A stretch of DNA of 64,000 nt. It comes from Nostoc sp. DedSLP01 (GTDB lineage Bacteria; Cyanobacteriota; Cyanobacteriia; Cyanobacteriales; Nostocaceae). The position numbers and the translations under genes were made by a program. Under the pieces are notes generated by a model. The model was not told the origin of the DNA. It saw only the letters and a program-made list of their open reading frames with translations, and did no database searches. Of this stretch, positions 39,226-49,569 are shown in pieces. The DNA is taken from NCBI GenBank assembly GCA_034530875.2, contig JAVRCJ020000002.1:320001-384000 (forward strand), in the 5' to 3' direction. Numbering within the stretch: the first letter of the stretch is position 1; each line of letters begins with the position of its first letter.

Positions 39226-39343
39226 TGTAGAGACGTTGCAATGCAACGTCTCTACAAGGATTTTGTATACATGAAATCAGCAACGCCATTTTTGCAATTG
39301 AATTTCAGCAACCGCGATAGGGTAGCACAGCTGTGCTACCCTA
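39226..39343. repeat. Two REP-like palindromes
   Basis: TGTAGAGACGTTGCAATGCAACGTCTCTACA (39226-39256) and TAGGGTAGCACAGCTGTGCTACCCTA (39318-39343). Confidence 0.8.
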
Positions 39344-39809
39344 AAAATGTATTAAAAGCTATTAAATTTAGATTTATTACTATCAGGAAAAATCCTGTAT
39401 ATTTATGCTATCTTTATGAGTTTTCAGAAAAATTATTGGCTAATTAAAGACTAAATAAAGAATTTATTTGAGCGATCGCCATTGTTTAAAACTCTTATAT
39501 TCTAGAGATTAAAGCACTTTCGCAAAGATAAAGCACAAGAGTGAACTAGTTTTGTTAAATTTCTCGGCATCAGAAAAAGTTCAACACAATTAAACAAAGT
39601 TTTTAACCGTTATCTCTACAGGTGACTTTGTTTTAAATATAGGTGAAATGTAATAATTCAGCAGACTTTGATATCACAGTTCTTTTTTTAAATCTTCTGG
39701 ATTTGGACTTCTGGCTCCTGAATTATTACATATAAATTACGAATTAGCTTGATAGTTTTTGATAGCGCCTCGCCTCAGCAATTCACTCTTGTATAAACCC
39801 AAAGACATC

Positions 39810-40526
39810 ATGACAACTTCAATAATTCCAAGTCTAGAGAATTTTTATGATGTAACTCCGCAACACCAAAACCATTACTCTAGATCCTGTACATTACTGT
39901 GGCGAAGGGGCAAACTGTTGGTGAAGCAGCCAGGACTAGTTAAACCACCATATTTGTCTTCATTAAATAGCCAGCGATCGCTAGTAGAATGCTTAAAACA
40001 TTCTCCTGTAAATTTAGTGAGTATAGATGCAAAACTGGGTGAAGATTTACTACAGTTTTGGGCAGATGCTTGCGAACAAGCTCATAAGCCAATATTCTTA
40101 CGCATATCCTCTAGCAATAAAGAGCTAAAACAAACTAATCAAAGCTGGAGATGGTTACAACGAATCATTGATTGGATTGTTGCTTTTTTATTGCTGTTAT
40201 TCCTCAGCCCAGTTATCCTGGGATTGATTGTATTGCTGCAATTTTACTCGCTAGAGTCACTTTTTTCTCATGAATGGCGTGTTGGAGAAAAAGGTAGACT
40301 TTTTCGAGCCATTAGATTTTCTACGACACCAAATCACAACATCACACTGCTAGGGCGTTGGATGCATAAATACAACCTCAACAATCTGCCATTGTTATTT
40401 AACGTACTGCGCGGTGACATGAGTTTGATGGGATTTCGTTCTTGGGCTTTAGCAGAGGCAATACAAATAATTGAAGAAGAATACAGAATTCAGAATTCAG
40501 AATTCAGAAATTTATCTGTAGGGTAA
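39810..40526 (+). CDS. hepC: Heterocyst envelope polysaccharide protein HepC (degenerate WcaJ-like sugar transferase)
   Basis: N-terminal LVECLKHSPV..WADACEQA, then RIIDW, RVGEKGRLF, LPLLFNVLRGDMSLMG. Lies directly upstream of hepA. Start set at ATG 39810. Confidence 0.85.
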   Translation: MTTSIIPSLENFYDVTPQHQNHYSRSCTLLWRRGKLLVKQPGLVKPPYLSSLNSQRSLVECLKHSPVNLVSIDAKLGEDLLQFWADACEQAHKPIFLRISSSNKELKQTNQSWRWLQRIIDWIVAFLLLLFLSPVILGLIVLLQFYSLESLFSHEWRVGEKGRLFRAIRFSTTPNHNITLLGRWMHKYNLNNLPLLFNVLRGDMSLMGFRSWALAEAIQIIEEEYRIQNSEFRNLSVG

Positions 40527-40578
40527 TTCATACTTTAATCGTTAGAATCCAAAAGAGTTTGATATTCACTTTGAATAA

Positions 40579-40685
40579 TATAGGACTCCTATTTGATTTT
40601 TGAAAAAAAATCAACAAGTTAATCTTCTAGAATCTTGTTTACTGTTCTACACAAATAATTTCAGTAATCAAACCGGATTCCTATA
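40579..40685. mobile_element. MITE-like element with ~26-bp imperfect terminal inverted repeats
   Basis: Left end TATAGGACTCCTATTTGATTTTTGAA; right end reverse complement TATAGGAATCCGGTTTGATTACTGAA. Confidence 0.7.
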
Positions 40686-40792
40686 TTATCACTTCTTAAC
40701 TTCCCAATTATTCTGAATTCTGACTCCTGAATTCTGAATTCTGAATTCTGGTTCCTCCCTTTTCCCATGCCAAATTGTCATTACAAAAATCC

Positions 40793-42634
40793 ATGCTTTT
40801 GAAACTTTCCCAAACAATCAGCAATTTCCTCAAAGCTACCAAGTTTTGGCAGGAAAACTATTTGATATTAAGAGAAGTTGCACACTTTCGCAAAATTGCA
40901 ATTTCCGCTTTAGTATTTTCAATTTTGGCAGCAGCATTTGAAGGTGTAAGTATTGGCTTCTTACTTTCATTTTTGCAAAGCTTAACTAGTCCTAACGCTC
41001 AACCTGTTCAAACAAGTATAGATTTGATTGATATTTGGATTTTAGGAACCAAGACATCAGCAATTAATCGGTTATATCGTATATCTTTATTAATTTTGTT
41101 GAGTACTTGGTTACGTGCTACCTTTAATTATTTTTCCCAAGTCTACACAGAATTATCTCAAGTACATCTTGCAGACCGCTTACGTAAACAAATCTTTGAA
41201 CAGTTACAATCCTTATCGTTGAGTTACTTTGCCAAAACTCGTTCTGGAGAAATAATTAATACAATTACCACAGAAATTGACAGAATTAGACAAGGTTTTA
41301 GTGCCGGAGCTTTTTTATTTACTAGAGGGATAACAACTCTTGTTTACTTATCATCAATGTTTTTGATATCATGGCAACTAACTTTGATATCAGCATTACT
41401 ATTTACACTTTTAGGTGTAGGATTATCTAATTTAAATGCCAGAGTCAGAGAATCAAGCTTTGGCGTCACAAATGCTAATTCTAATTTCACAGCAACAGCC
41501 GTAGAATTTATTAATGGTATTCGTACCGTTCACTCTTATGGCACTCAAGAATTTGAGCGCCAGCGCTACTACAAAGCTAGCGATAAAGTAGTCAGTACTA
41601 CAACTAAAGTTGTCTTCACTTGGACGCTGGTGAAACCAATTGCCGAAGGAGCAGCTACTACGGTATTGGTGGGAATGATTATTTTGGCATTTACTAGCTT
41701 AGTTAGTAATGGAACGCTACAAGTTGCTTCTTTACTAACATTTTTCTTTGTGCTATTTCGTTTTATTCCATTCGTTCAAGATATTAATGGCACAAGAGCT
41801 TTTCTCAGTACTTTACATGGTTCAGCAAACAACATTAAAAGCCTTCTGAAAACTGATGATAAAAATTATTTTCAGAATGGACATATTAAATTTCATAGGT
41901 TAAATAACTCAATTAATTTAGTATGTGTAGATTTTGGCTATGACGATGAAAATCTAGTGTTGCATAATATTACCCTAACCATTGAAAAGGGAAAAATGAC
42001 AGCATTAGTTGGAGCTTCTGGGGCTGGTAAAACAACCCTTGCTGATTTAATTCCGCGATTTTATAATGCTACAGAGGGAAATATTTACATTGATGAAACT
42101 GATATACGACTGTTTGAAATTAACTCTCTACGTTCCAAAATAGCAGTTGTCAGTCAGGATACTTTTATCTTCAATACCACTGTTTGGCAGAATATTGCTT
42201 ATGGAACTCCAGAAGCTACGAATGATGAAATTAAAGAGGCTGCTAGATTAGCGAATGCACTAGAATTTATTTTAGAAATGCCTGAAGGTTTTAATACCCA
42301 ATTAGGAGATAGGGGTGTTAGATTATCTGGAGGGCAAAGACAGCGAATTGCGATTGCGCGGGCGCTACTACGAAACCCAGAAATTTTGATTTTAGACGAA
42401 GCAACTAGCGCCTTAGATTCTGTATCAGAACGCTTAATTCAAGATTCATTAGAAAAGCTATCTGTTGGCAGAACAGTAATTGCGATCGCTCACCGTCTTT
42501 CTACTATTTCTAAAGCCGATAAAGTAGTGGTTTTAGAAGCAGGAAGGATAGTAGAACAGGGCAAGTATGAAGAATTACTCGGACGCCACGGCAAGCTTTG
42601 GGAATACCATCAGACACAATACTATAATTCGTAA
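40793..42634 (+). CDS. hepA: Heterocyst ABC transporter HepA
   Basis: KATKFWQENYLILRE N-terminus, TMD, GASGAGKT, LSGGQ, ILDEATSALD. Position after hepC. Start set at ATG 40793. Confidence 0.9.
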   Translation: MLLKLSQTISNFLKATKFWQENYLILREVAHFRKIAISALVFSILAAAFEGVSIGFLLSFLQSLTSPNAQPVQTSIDLIDIWILGTKTSAINRLYRISLLILLSTWLRATFNYFSQVYTELSQVHLADRLRKQIFEQLQSLSLSYFAKTRSGEIINTITTEIDRIRQGFSAGAFLFTRGITTLVYLSSMFLISWQLTLISALLFTLLGVGLSNLNARVRESSFGVTNANSNFTATAVEFINGIRTVHSYGTQEFERQRYYKASDKVVSTTTKVVFTWTLVKPIAEGAATTVLVGMIILAFTSLVSNGTLQVASLLTFFFVLFRFIPFVQDINGTRAFLSTLHGSANNIKSLLKTDDKNYFQNGHIKFHRLNNSINLVCVDFGYDDENLVLHNITLTIEKGKMTALVGASGAGKTTLADLIPRFYNATEGNIYIDETDIRLFEINSLRSKIAVVSQDTFIFNTTVWQNIAYGTPEATNDEIKEAARLANALEFILEMPEGFNTQLGDRGVRLSGGQRQRIAIARALLRNPEILILDEATSALDSVSERLIQDSLEKLSVGRTVIAIAHRLSTISKADKVVVLEAGRIVEQGKYEELLGRHGKLWEYHQTQYYNS

Positions 42635-42812
42635 TACTCGCCAAAGGCGAGAAGCAAGCTACGTAATGGGCTACCCCCGCTACGCTAACGTAATTCGTAA
42701 TTTATGAATTACGAATTTACAAGAATGCTAAATTATCTCAATCTCATTATTGGTAGATTATTCTGACTCCTGTTAGCGTAGCGGGGCGTAGCCCATTCTG
42801 AATTCTGAATTC
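42635..42812. repeat. Small dispersed repeats inserted in heptamer arrays
   Basis: ATGGGCTACCCCCGCTACGCTAAC (42666-42689) and inverted GTTAGCGTAGCGGGGCGTAGCCCAT (42772-42796), embedded in TAATTCG and GAATTCT repeats. Confidence 0.7.
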
Positions 42813-42840
42813 TATTCATAGTTTTAACAAGGGAAAATCA

Positions 42841-43680
42841 ATGGTAAATATCGGCTATCACACTGCTAAAATGCAGGGTAAATTTAATCGTTCTTTATAT
42901 AAAGCAGCGCTTTCTCAGATTGTCAGCATCCCGATAAAACAAACTCGGCAAGCACCGATAAGTGTATATGCCTTATCATGCGAACGGGATTTGCCAGAAC
43001 AAGTGGCAAGTATTCGGTCATTTATCCGTCATGTCGGCGTTCCAAATACATTTACAGTAGTTTCTGATGGTAGTTACACAGAATCTAGTTGTAATTTACT
43101 CTGCCGCATTCATCCTTGCGTTGAGGTAGTACTTTTACAAAACTTCGTGAAACCAGATTTACCTCAATGCGTTCTTGATTATGCACAATTGCATCCAATG
43201 GGGAGAAAATTATCGGCATTAATGTCAATTCCTGTTAATGGAACTACAATTTACACCGATTCAGATATTTTGTTTTTTGCTGGTGGCATAGATTTAATTG
43301 ATTTAAGTAAATCAGACAACAAATACTCTCTTTATCTCCCTGATTGTTCGATGTCACTAGACGCACGAATTATCTATGATGATTCTGAAAAGTTAAATCC
43401 TGTAAATGGTGGATTTATTTTATTTAGACATGAATTTGACTGGAGTTTTGCTATTAAACGTTTAGCAAATCTTCCAGAACATCCTAGTTATTTTACCGAA
43501 CAAACAATTGTACATCTGACAATGCACCACAATCATGGTCAGCCTCTCGATTCAAAAAAATATGTTCTTCATGTAGAAGACCAGTTCATTTATCCCGATA
43601 AATCTGCAAGTAAAGACATTGCTCTCAGGCATTATGTTAGCGATGTCAGACACAAGTTTTGGTTTAATGTTGGTAGATAA
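42841..43680 (+). CDS. Putative GT-A fold glycosyltransferase
   Basis: VVSDGS, YTDSDILF, NGGF, EQT, HY motifs; location in the HEP island. Confidence 0.6.
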   Translation: MVNIGYHTAKMQGKFNRSLYKAALSQIVSIPIKQTRQAPISVYALSCERDLPEQVASIRSFIRHVGVPNTFTVVSDGSYTESSCNLLCRIHPCVEVVLLQNFVKPDLPQCVLDYAQLHPMGRKLSALMSIPVNGTTIYTDSDILFFAGGIDLIDLSKSDNKYSLYLPDCSMSLDARIIYDDSEKLNPVNGGFILFRHEFDWSFAIKRLANLPEHPSYFTEQTIVHLTMHHNHGQPLDSKKYVLHVEDQFIYPDKSASKDIALRHYVSDVRHKFWFNVGR

Positions 43681-43740
43681 GCTAACGAACTTAAGTCTAT
43701 ATAGATACAAGCACTAAAACTAGTAATAACGCAGTAATTA

Positions 43741-44937
43741 ATGCCTAAAATAATTAATAATTTCCAGCAAAAAGCTAAACAATTACACGGGGAAAAGTTT
43801 GCAGAAGACCTGATTTATCAATGCTCAAATTTTGAGGTAGGTGAGGGTGGAGGTGTTGAAACTTATTTGGCTTCACTATTTGAACATCGTTCGTCTGATA
43901 TTAGCGATCGCGTAATTAAATCCCTCAAGAATATTGACCAGAGTCAGTTCAAATTATTGCACCTCCACAGTCCAGATTTACTATTACAGCTTACAGGTGA
44001 ATGCCCGGTAATCTTCAGCGTTCATAATCACTCACTGTATTGTCCTAGCGGTACGAAGTATTTAGCTGGAGAGCAGAAAATCTGCGATCGCAACTTTTCT
44101 TACTTGGGATGTACCCGGGGTAAATTAGTCAATAAATGTGGTAGCCGTAAACCCTTAAGGACTATCAGAGAAATTCAAGCTACTCAGCAATTTGTAGATG
44201 TCTTAAAAAAGATAAAAATTACTTTTATTGCCAATAGCGAGTATGTCCGTCAACAGTTAATTAAAAACGGCATCCCAGCCGAACAAACTGTAACAGTACA
44301 CTGTGGAATTTCTCTACCACAGACACCAACTGCACCTCTAAGTTTACAAGTCCATCAAAATCAAAGAATTTTGTTTGTTGGTCGAATTGTTTCTGATAAA
44401 GGTCTGGAATGGTTGATTAAAACCTTAATACATACAGACCCGAAAATTCAACTTGATATTGCAGGTGAAGGCTGGGAAAGACCGCGCTTAGAAAAGTTAG
44501 CAGATACCTTGGGATTGAAGCACCGTATTACTTGGCATGGTTGGTGCGATCGCCATAAGATAGATGAACTTTATCAACAGTGTTTTGCAGTAATTTTTCC
44601 CAGCGTTTGGCCTGAACCTGCCGGTCTTGTAACCCTCGAAGCTTATGCTCGTTATCGTCCCGTAATTGGTAGTGCAGTGGGAGGAATTCCCGAACATTTA
44701 CGCGATGGAGAAACGGGTATTCTTGTTCCTGGTAATGATATTAAAAAACTAGCGCAAGCCATTAACTATTTGTCTAGCGATTATCAAAAAAGCCTAGAGA
44801 TGGGCAAACAAGGTCATGCTTTGTTGATGAGAGAATTTACAATGAATTGCCATGTAAATAATCTGCGAACAATTTATGCAAAAACAATAGCTGAATTTGA
44901 TTATTCAAAGGCAAAGTCTTATAGAAAAAATCAGTAA
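43741..44937 (+). CDS. GT4 glycosyltransferase
   Basis: FVGRIVSDKG, PSVWPEPAGLVTLEA, GGIPE. Confidence 0.9.
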   Translation: MPKIINNFQQKAKQLHGEKFAEDLIYQCSNFEVGEGGGVETYLASLFEHRSSDISDRVIKSLKNIDQSQFKLLHLHSPDLLLQLTGECPVIFSVHNHSLYCPSGTKYLAGEQKICDRNFSYLGCTRGKLVNKCGSRKPLRTIREIQATQQFVDVLKKIKITFIANSEYVRQQLIKNGIPAEQTVTVHCGISLPQTPTAPLSLQVHQNQRILFVGRIVSDKGLEWLIKTLIHTDPKIQLDIAGEGWERPRLEKLADTLGLKHRITWHGWCDRHKIDELYQQCFAVIFPSVWPEPAGLVTLEAYARYRPVIGSAVGGIPEHLRDGETGILVPGNDIKKLAQAINYLSSDYQKSLEMGKQGHALLMREFTMNCHVNNLRTIYAKTIAEFDYSKAKSYRKNQ

Positions 44938-44953
44938 ATAAAGACAAAAAAAT

Positions 44954-45937
44954 ATGTCATTGCATCAACAACCATTAGTCAGCGTTATTATTCCGACTTA
45001 TAATCGACCAGATTATCTTAAACAAGCGATCGCCAGCGCTGTCGAACAAACTTATCAAAATATTGAAATTATTGTTTCTGATAATTGCAGCTCAGAAAAT
45101 CCTCAAGCCATTGTCGAATTTTTTAACGATTCGCGCATTCGATTTTGGCGACACGAGCAAAATATCGGTATGCTTGCTAATCAGCAACACGCCTTTAAAA
45201 TGGCGCAAGGTAAATATCTTGCTAGCCTTCATGACGATGATATGTGGAATCAAGACTTTTTAGCAAAGCTTGTACCACCATTAGAAGAAAATTCTGACTT
45301 AATTCTCGCTTTTTGCGACCAATATATCATTGATGCAAATAGCATAATTAATTACCCTGGAACTGAAGAAAATACACGCGGTTTCAAGCGCGACAAACTA
45401 ACGCCAGGAATTCATCAACCTTTCTCTAAAATTGGATTGATAGATAAAAGTATACCCACTGCTGCATCTTGTGTAATTCGCAATAACTTGATTGATTGGG
45501 ATAGTATTCCCCCAGAAGTTGCAGGAATGTGGGATTTATATTTAACTTACCTCTGCTGTATATCTGGTCGTGGTGCTTATTACTATCCAGAAAGATTGAC
45601 CCGATATCGCGCCCACGAACAAACTGATACTATGCTTAGTGGTAGCCGAGACGTACAAGCAAAAATTCGCAAAGCCAAAAGCGAAATGTTTTGCTATCAA
45701 GTCTTTATGCAAGACACTCGCCTACAAGAATTTAAGACGTACTTTCAACAAAAATGGTTAGAAGCAAATACCACATTGGGAATTGGTTTACTACGAAGCG
45801 AACAAATAGCCGCAGCACGTCCTTATTTTTGGCAAGCATTGAAAAAACAAAAATTTAATCTGCGGACTCTAGTTGCCCTCACTCTCAGTTTCACACCGCG
45901 ATTTTTCGCAAATAAATTAATCGCATTATCCAAATAA
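44954..45937 (+). CDS. GT2 glycosyltransferase
   Basis: IIPTYNR, SDNCS, LHDDD, YRAH. Confidence 0.9.
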   Translation: MSLHQQPLVSVIIPTYNRPDYLKQAIASAVEQTYQNIEIIVSDNCSSENPQAIVEFFNDSRIRFWRHEQNIGMLANQQHAFKMAQGKYLASLHDDDMWNQDFLAKLVPPLEENSDLILAFCDQYIIDANSIINYPGTEENTRGFKRDKLTPGIHQPFSKIGLIDKSIPTAASCVIRNNLIDWDSIPPEVAGMWDLYLTYLCCISGRGAYYYPERLTRYRAHEQTDTMLSGSRDVQAKIRKAKSEMFCYQVFMQDTRLQEFKTYFQQKWLEANTTLGIGLLRSEQIAAARPYFWQALKKQKFNLRTLVALTLSFTPRFFANKLIALSK

Positions 45938-46041
45938 TCGTATTTAAGACGCGATTCATCGCGTCTCTACAAGAATAACTGCAAAAAAACTCTCCTCCTC
46001 TCTCTGCGCCTCTGCGTGACTTTTCCTAAATAAACCAATGT

Positions 46042-47244
46042 ATGAAACTTTGTATTATCACCCATAAAATCAAAAAAGGCGACGGTCAAGGCCGAGTCAA
46101 CTACGAAGTTGCAAAAGAAGCTATCCGTCGCGGTCATCACCTAACATTATTAGCAAGTGAAATCGCCCCAGAACTAGAACAAAACACTCAAGTTAATTGG
46201 ATTAAAATCCCAGTCAAAGGCTACCCCACCGAATTTTTACGTAATTTCATCTTTGCTCAAAAAAGCGCAAATTGGTTACATCAAAATCGTGCAAACATTG
46301 ATTTAGTTAAAATCAATGGCGCAATTAATATGGCTGCTGCTGATGTGAATGCCGTACATTTTGTGCATAGTTCGTGGTTGCGATCGCCAGCTCATATTTC
46401 CCGCAATCGCCGAGATTTATATGGTTTATATCAGTGGCTATTTACTGCTTTTAATGCACGTTCGGAAAAACAAGCTTTTCAAAAAGCTAACGTAGTGGTA
46501 GCAGTATCCGAAAAGGTAGCCCAGGAATTAATTAATATTGGTGTACCCCGTTCTCGCATTCGCGTAATTGTTAATGGAGTAGACCTAGAAGAATTTACTC
46601 CTGGTAAAAGCAATCGCCAACAATTAGGTTTACCAGAAAATGTCACCCTGGCACTCTTCGCCGGAGACATCCGCACGCCAAGGAAGAACTTAGATACAGT
46701 TCTACACGCCTTAACCAAAGTTCCCGATCTACATCTAGTAGTAGTAGGTCACATCGAAGGTAGTCCCTTCCCCCAATTAGCCGCCTCCTTGGGGTTAAAA
46801 GAACGCGTGCATTTTGTCGGATTTCGCCGCGATATCGCTGAAATTATGCGGGCAGTAGATTTATTTGTTTTTCCTTCCCGATACGAAGCTTGCACCCTCG
46901 TATTGTTAGAAGCGCTTGCTTCAGGATTGCCTGTAATTACTGCCACAGCTACCGGGGGTGCAGAGTTAGTAACACCAGAATGCGGCATCGTCTTACCCGA
47001 CTCAGATGATATCGATGCATTGACAACGGCATTGATATCTTTAACGAGCGAACAATCGCTAATGCAACAAATGGGTCAAGCTGCTCGTTCTGTGGCAGAA
47101 CAACACAGCTGGACTACTATGGCACAAACTTATGTGGATCTATTCGAGGAGTTAAGCAAGAATGCTCAACACCGTTCTCATACCGACTTATCGCCGTCCA
47201 CAAGACCTATCACGCTGCCTTTTGGCGCTACAGGAGCAAACTAA
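46042..47244 (+). CDS. GT4 glycosyltransferase
   Basis: NGVD, RKNL, FPSRYEACTLVLLEALASGLPV. Confidence 0.9.
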   Translation: MKLCIITHKIKKGDGQGRVNYEVAKEAIRRGHHLTLLASEIAPELEQNTQVNWIKIPVKGYPTEFLRNFIFAQKSANWLHQNRANIDLVKINGAINMAAADVNAVHFVHSSWLRSPAHISRNRRDLYGLYQWLFTAFNARSEKQAFQKANVVVAVSEKVAQELINIGVPRSRIRVIVNGVDLEEFTPGKSNRQQLGLPENVTLALFAGDIRTPRKNLDTVLHALTKVPDLHLVVVGHIEGSPFPQLAASLGLKERVHFVGFRRDIAEIMRAVDLFVFPSRYEACTLVLLEALASGLPVITATATGGAELVTPECGIVLPDSDDIDALTTALISLTSEQSLMQQMGQAARSVAEQHSWTTMAQTYVDLFEELSKNAQHRSHTDLSPSTRPITLPFGATGAN

Positions 47245-48103
47245 ACCAGCCCATCAGGTAATAGTAGTTGTTCGGGATACGGATGCAGAAACTTGGGAAT
47301 TTCTCGCCCAATTTAAAGCAGACAAGCTGCCACTACAAACTGTGCAAGTCACGCAAACCGGGGTAGTCGCAGCCCTGAACGCCGGATTAGCACAAGTGAA
47401 GGGCGATATTGTTTCTATTACTGATGATGATGCTGCACCGCATCCTGATTGGTTAGAGCGCATCGCTGCTTACTTTGCCCGCGACAGTCGCCTTGGCGGT
47501 CTTGGCGGACGTGATTGGATACATCACGGCAACAAATTAGAAGACGAATCCCGCCTGATAGTTGGTCGATTGCAATGGTTTGGACGCGTGATTGGCAACC
47601 ATCATCTGGGAGTAGGAGAACCCCGCGAGGTCGATGTTCTCAAGGGCGTAAACATGAGTTTTCGCAAAGAAGCAATAGGGGAATTGCGCTTTGACGAACG
47701 GATGCGGGGTACAGGAGCGCAAGTACATTTTGAAATGGCGTTCGTGCTGACATTAAAGCGAGCTGGTTGGAAGATAGTTTACGACCCTAGCATTGCTGTA
47801 GAACATTACCCAGCACAACGTTTTGATGAAGATCGGCGAAACAGCTTTAATGAAATTGCCTTGATTAATTTAGTTCATAATGAAACCTTAGTTTTATTAG
47901 AACATTTGTCATCTATCCGCAGGATTGTATTTTTATTCTGGGCAATATTAGTGGGAAGCTGCGATAGTTTTGGCTTAATACAATGGCTGAGATTTCTACC
48001 CAGTCAAGGAGACTTGGCAAGTAAAAAGTTGTTGGCATCTTGGCGCGGACGTTGGGAAGGATATAAATCAATTCAAAATTCAAAATTCAAAATTCAAAAT
48101 TGA
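47162..48103 (+). CDS. GT2 glycosyltransferase
   Basis: LIPTYRR, TDDD, KGVNMSFR. GAGGAG RBS lies inside the upstream gene. C-terminus is encoded by TTCAAAA repeats. Confidence 0.88.
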   Translation: MLNTVLIPTYRRPQDLSRCLLALQEQTKPAHQVIVVVRDTDAETWEFLAQFKADKLPLQTVQVTQTGVVAALNAGLAQVKGDIVSITDDDAAPHPDWLERIAAYFARDSRLGGLGGRDWIHHGNKLEDESRLIVGRLQWFGRVIGNHHLGVGEPREVDVLKGVNMSFRKEAIGELRFDERMRGTGAQVHFEMAFVLTLKRAGWKIVYDPSIAVEHYPAQRFDEDRRNSFNEIALINLVHNETLVLLEHLSSIRRIVFLFWAILVGSCDSFGLIQWLRFLPSQGDLASKKLLASWRGRWEGYKSIQNSKFKIQN

Positions 48104-49531
48104 ATGATTTCTAAGCAGATACTTTATAATAGTTTTTCGCAAGAAAACTATTCTCCTGAGGAGCGATCGCTAGAGGGTTGGATGGCGATCGCAGGCTTTC
48201 TCTTATTAACTGTAGTTTGCTATTTTGCTGGTGCTACTGCGGCATTGCGCCTTATTTATCCAGTGACAGCTTTAGTAGTAGCTGTATTTTTATACTTACG
48301 CCATCCTATTCTTTATATCGGCTTTACTTGGTGGATATGCTTTCTTACACCCTTAGCTACCCGCTTAGTTGATTATCGAGTCGGATGGGATCCTACCCGT
48401 CAAATGCTGATAGCACCATACCTAGTGGTGTTTGTCACTATAGCAACTTTTTTGCGACGTTTTAGAGGCGCTTTTTATCAGGGGGGTTTGCCATTTATTT
48501 TGGCTTTTATCGGAGTCTTTTACGGCTTTTTAGTAGGTTTAATTTACAACGCACCAGTTCCAGTAGCACGCGGTTTATTAGATTGGCTAGGCCCAGTTAT
48601 TTTTGCTTTTCACTTATTTATTAACTGGCGAGATTATCCTATCTATCGCCAAAATCTTCAGCGAACATTCCTCTGGTGCGTGTTAATTTTAGGAGCTTAT
48701 GGCGTATATCAATTCGTTGTTGCTCCTGAATGGGATAGATACTGGCTCATACAATCAAAACTATTCATGAGTTCTGGAAATCCCGTACCTTTTGGTATGC
48801 GCGTCTGGAGTACATTGCACTCAGTCGGCCCCTTTGGTTCCGTAATGCAAGCTGGACTATTGTTATTATTTACTAGCTCTGGAAGTTTAATTTTTCCTGC
48901 CTCAGCCGTTGGTTATTTATCCTTTTTATTGACACAAGCGCGTACAAATTGGGGCGGTTGGTTATTAGGAATAATTATGATTGTGGGTTCAGTTAAAACC
49001 CGGATTCAAATGCGCTTAATAACTATAATTGTGGTCATGGCAATTTGTGTTGTGCCATTAACAACCATTCAACCAATTTCTCAGGTTATATCAGAGCGTT
49101 TGCAAACTTTCTCTAATCTGGAAGAAGATAACAGTTTTAGAGATAGGTCAGAAAGTTACGACAAAAACCTGAGTTTAGCTCTTTCTAATGCTTTAGGTAA
49201 CGGATTAGGAAATATCTGGAAAGTCAATGAAAAAACTGGACAAATCGAAGTAATTGTAATTGATAGTGGGATTCTAGATATGTTTTTTACCCTTGGTTGG
49301 TTTGGAGCCAGCTTTTATATGGGTGGATTAATTTTGTTAATTGTTAGTGTTAGTAAATATGGTGAGGGTCGTTTTGATAGTTTTATCAGCGCTGCCCGCG
49401 CCATTGGGATTAGTTCTGCGACACAACTAGTTATTGGTAGTGGCATGTTGAGCGTAGCAGGTATGATTCTTTGGGGATTTTTAGCTATGGCTATGGCAGG
49501 GCATAAGTATTATTTGCACCAACAAAAATAA
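48104..49531 (+). CDS. Multi-TM O-antigen ligase/Wzy-like polymerase
   Basis: About 11-12 hydrophobic segments; LLTQARTNW, GNGLG, DSG motifs. Confidence 0.72.
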   Translation: MISKQILYNSFSQENYSPEERSLEGWMAIAGFLLLTVVCYFAGATAALRLIYPVTALVVAVFLYLRHPILYIGFTWWICFLTPLATRLVDYRVGWDPTRQMLIAPYLVVFVTIATFLRRFRGAFYQGGLPFILAFIGVFYGFLVGLIYNAPVPVARGLLDWLGPVIFAFHLFINWRDYPIYRQNLQRTFLWCVLILGAYGVYQFVVAPEWDRYWLIQSKLFMSSGNPVPFGMRVWSTLHSVGPFGSVMQAGLLLLFTSSGSLIFPASAVGYLSFLLTQARTNWGGWLLGIIMIVGSVKTRIQMRLITIIVVMAICVVPLTTIQPISQVISERLQTFSNLEEDNSFRDRSESYDKNLSLALSNALGNGLGNIWKVNEKTGQIEVIVIDSGILDMFFTLGWFGASFYMGGLILLIVSVSKYGEGRFDSFISAARAIGISSATQLVIGSGMLSVAGMILWGFLAMAMAGHKYYLHQQK

Positions 49532-49569
49532 AATTTCAGACAAACACCTTTAGAGAAGAGGTTGAAATT

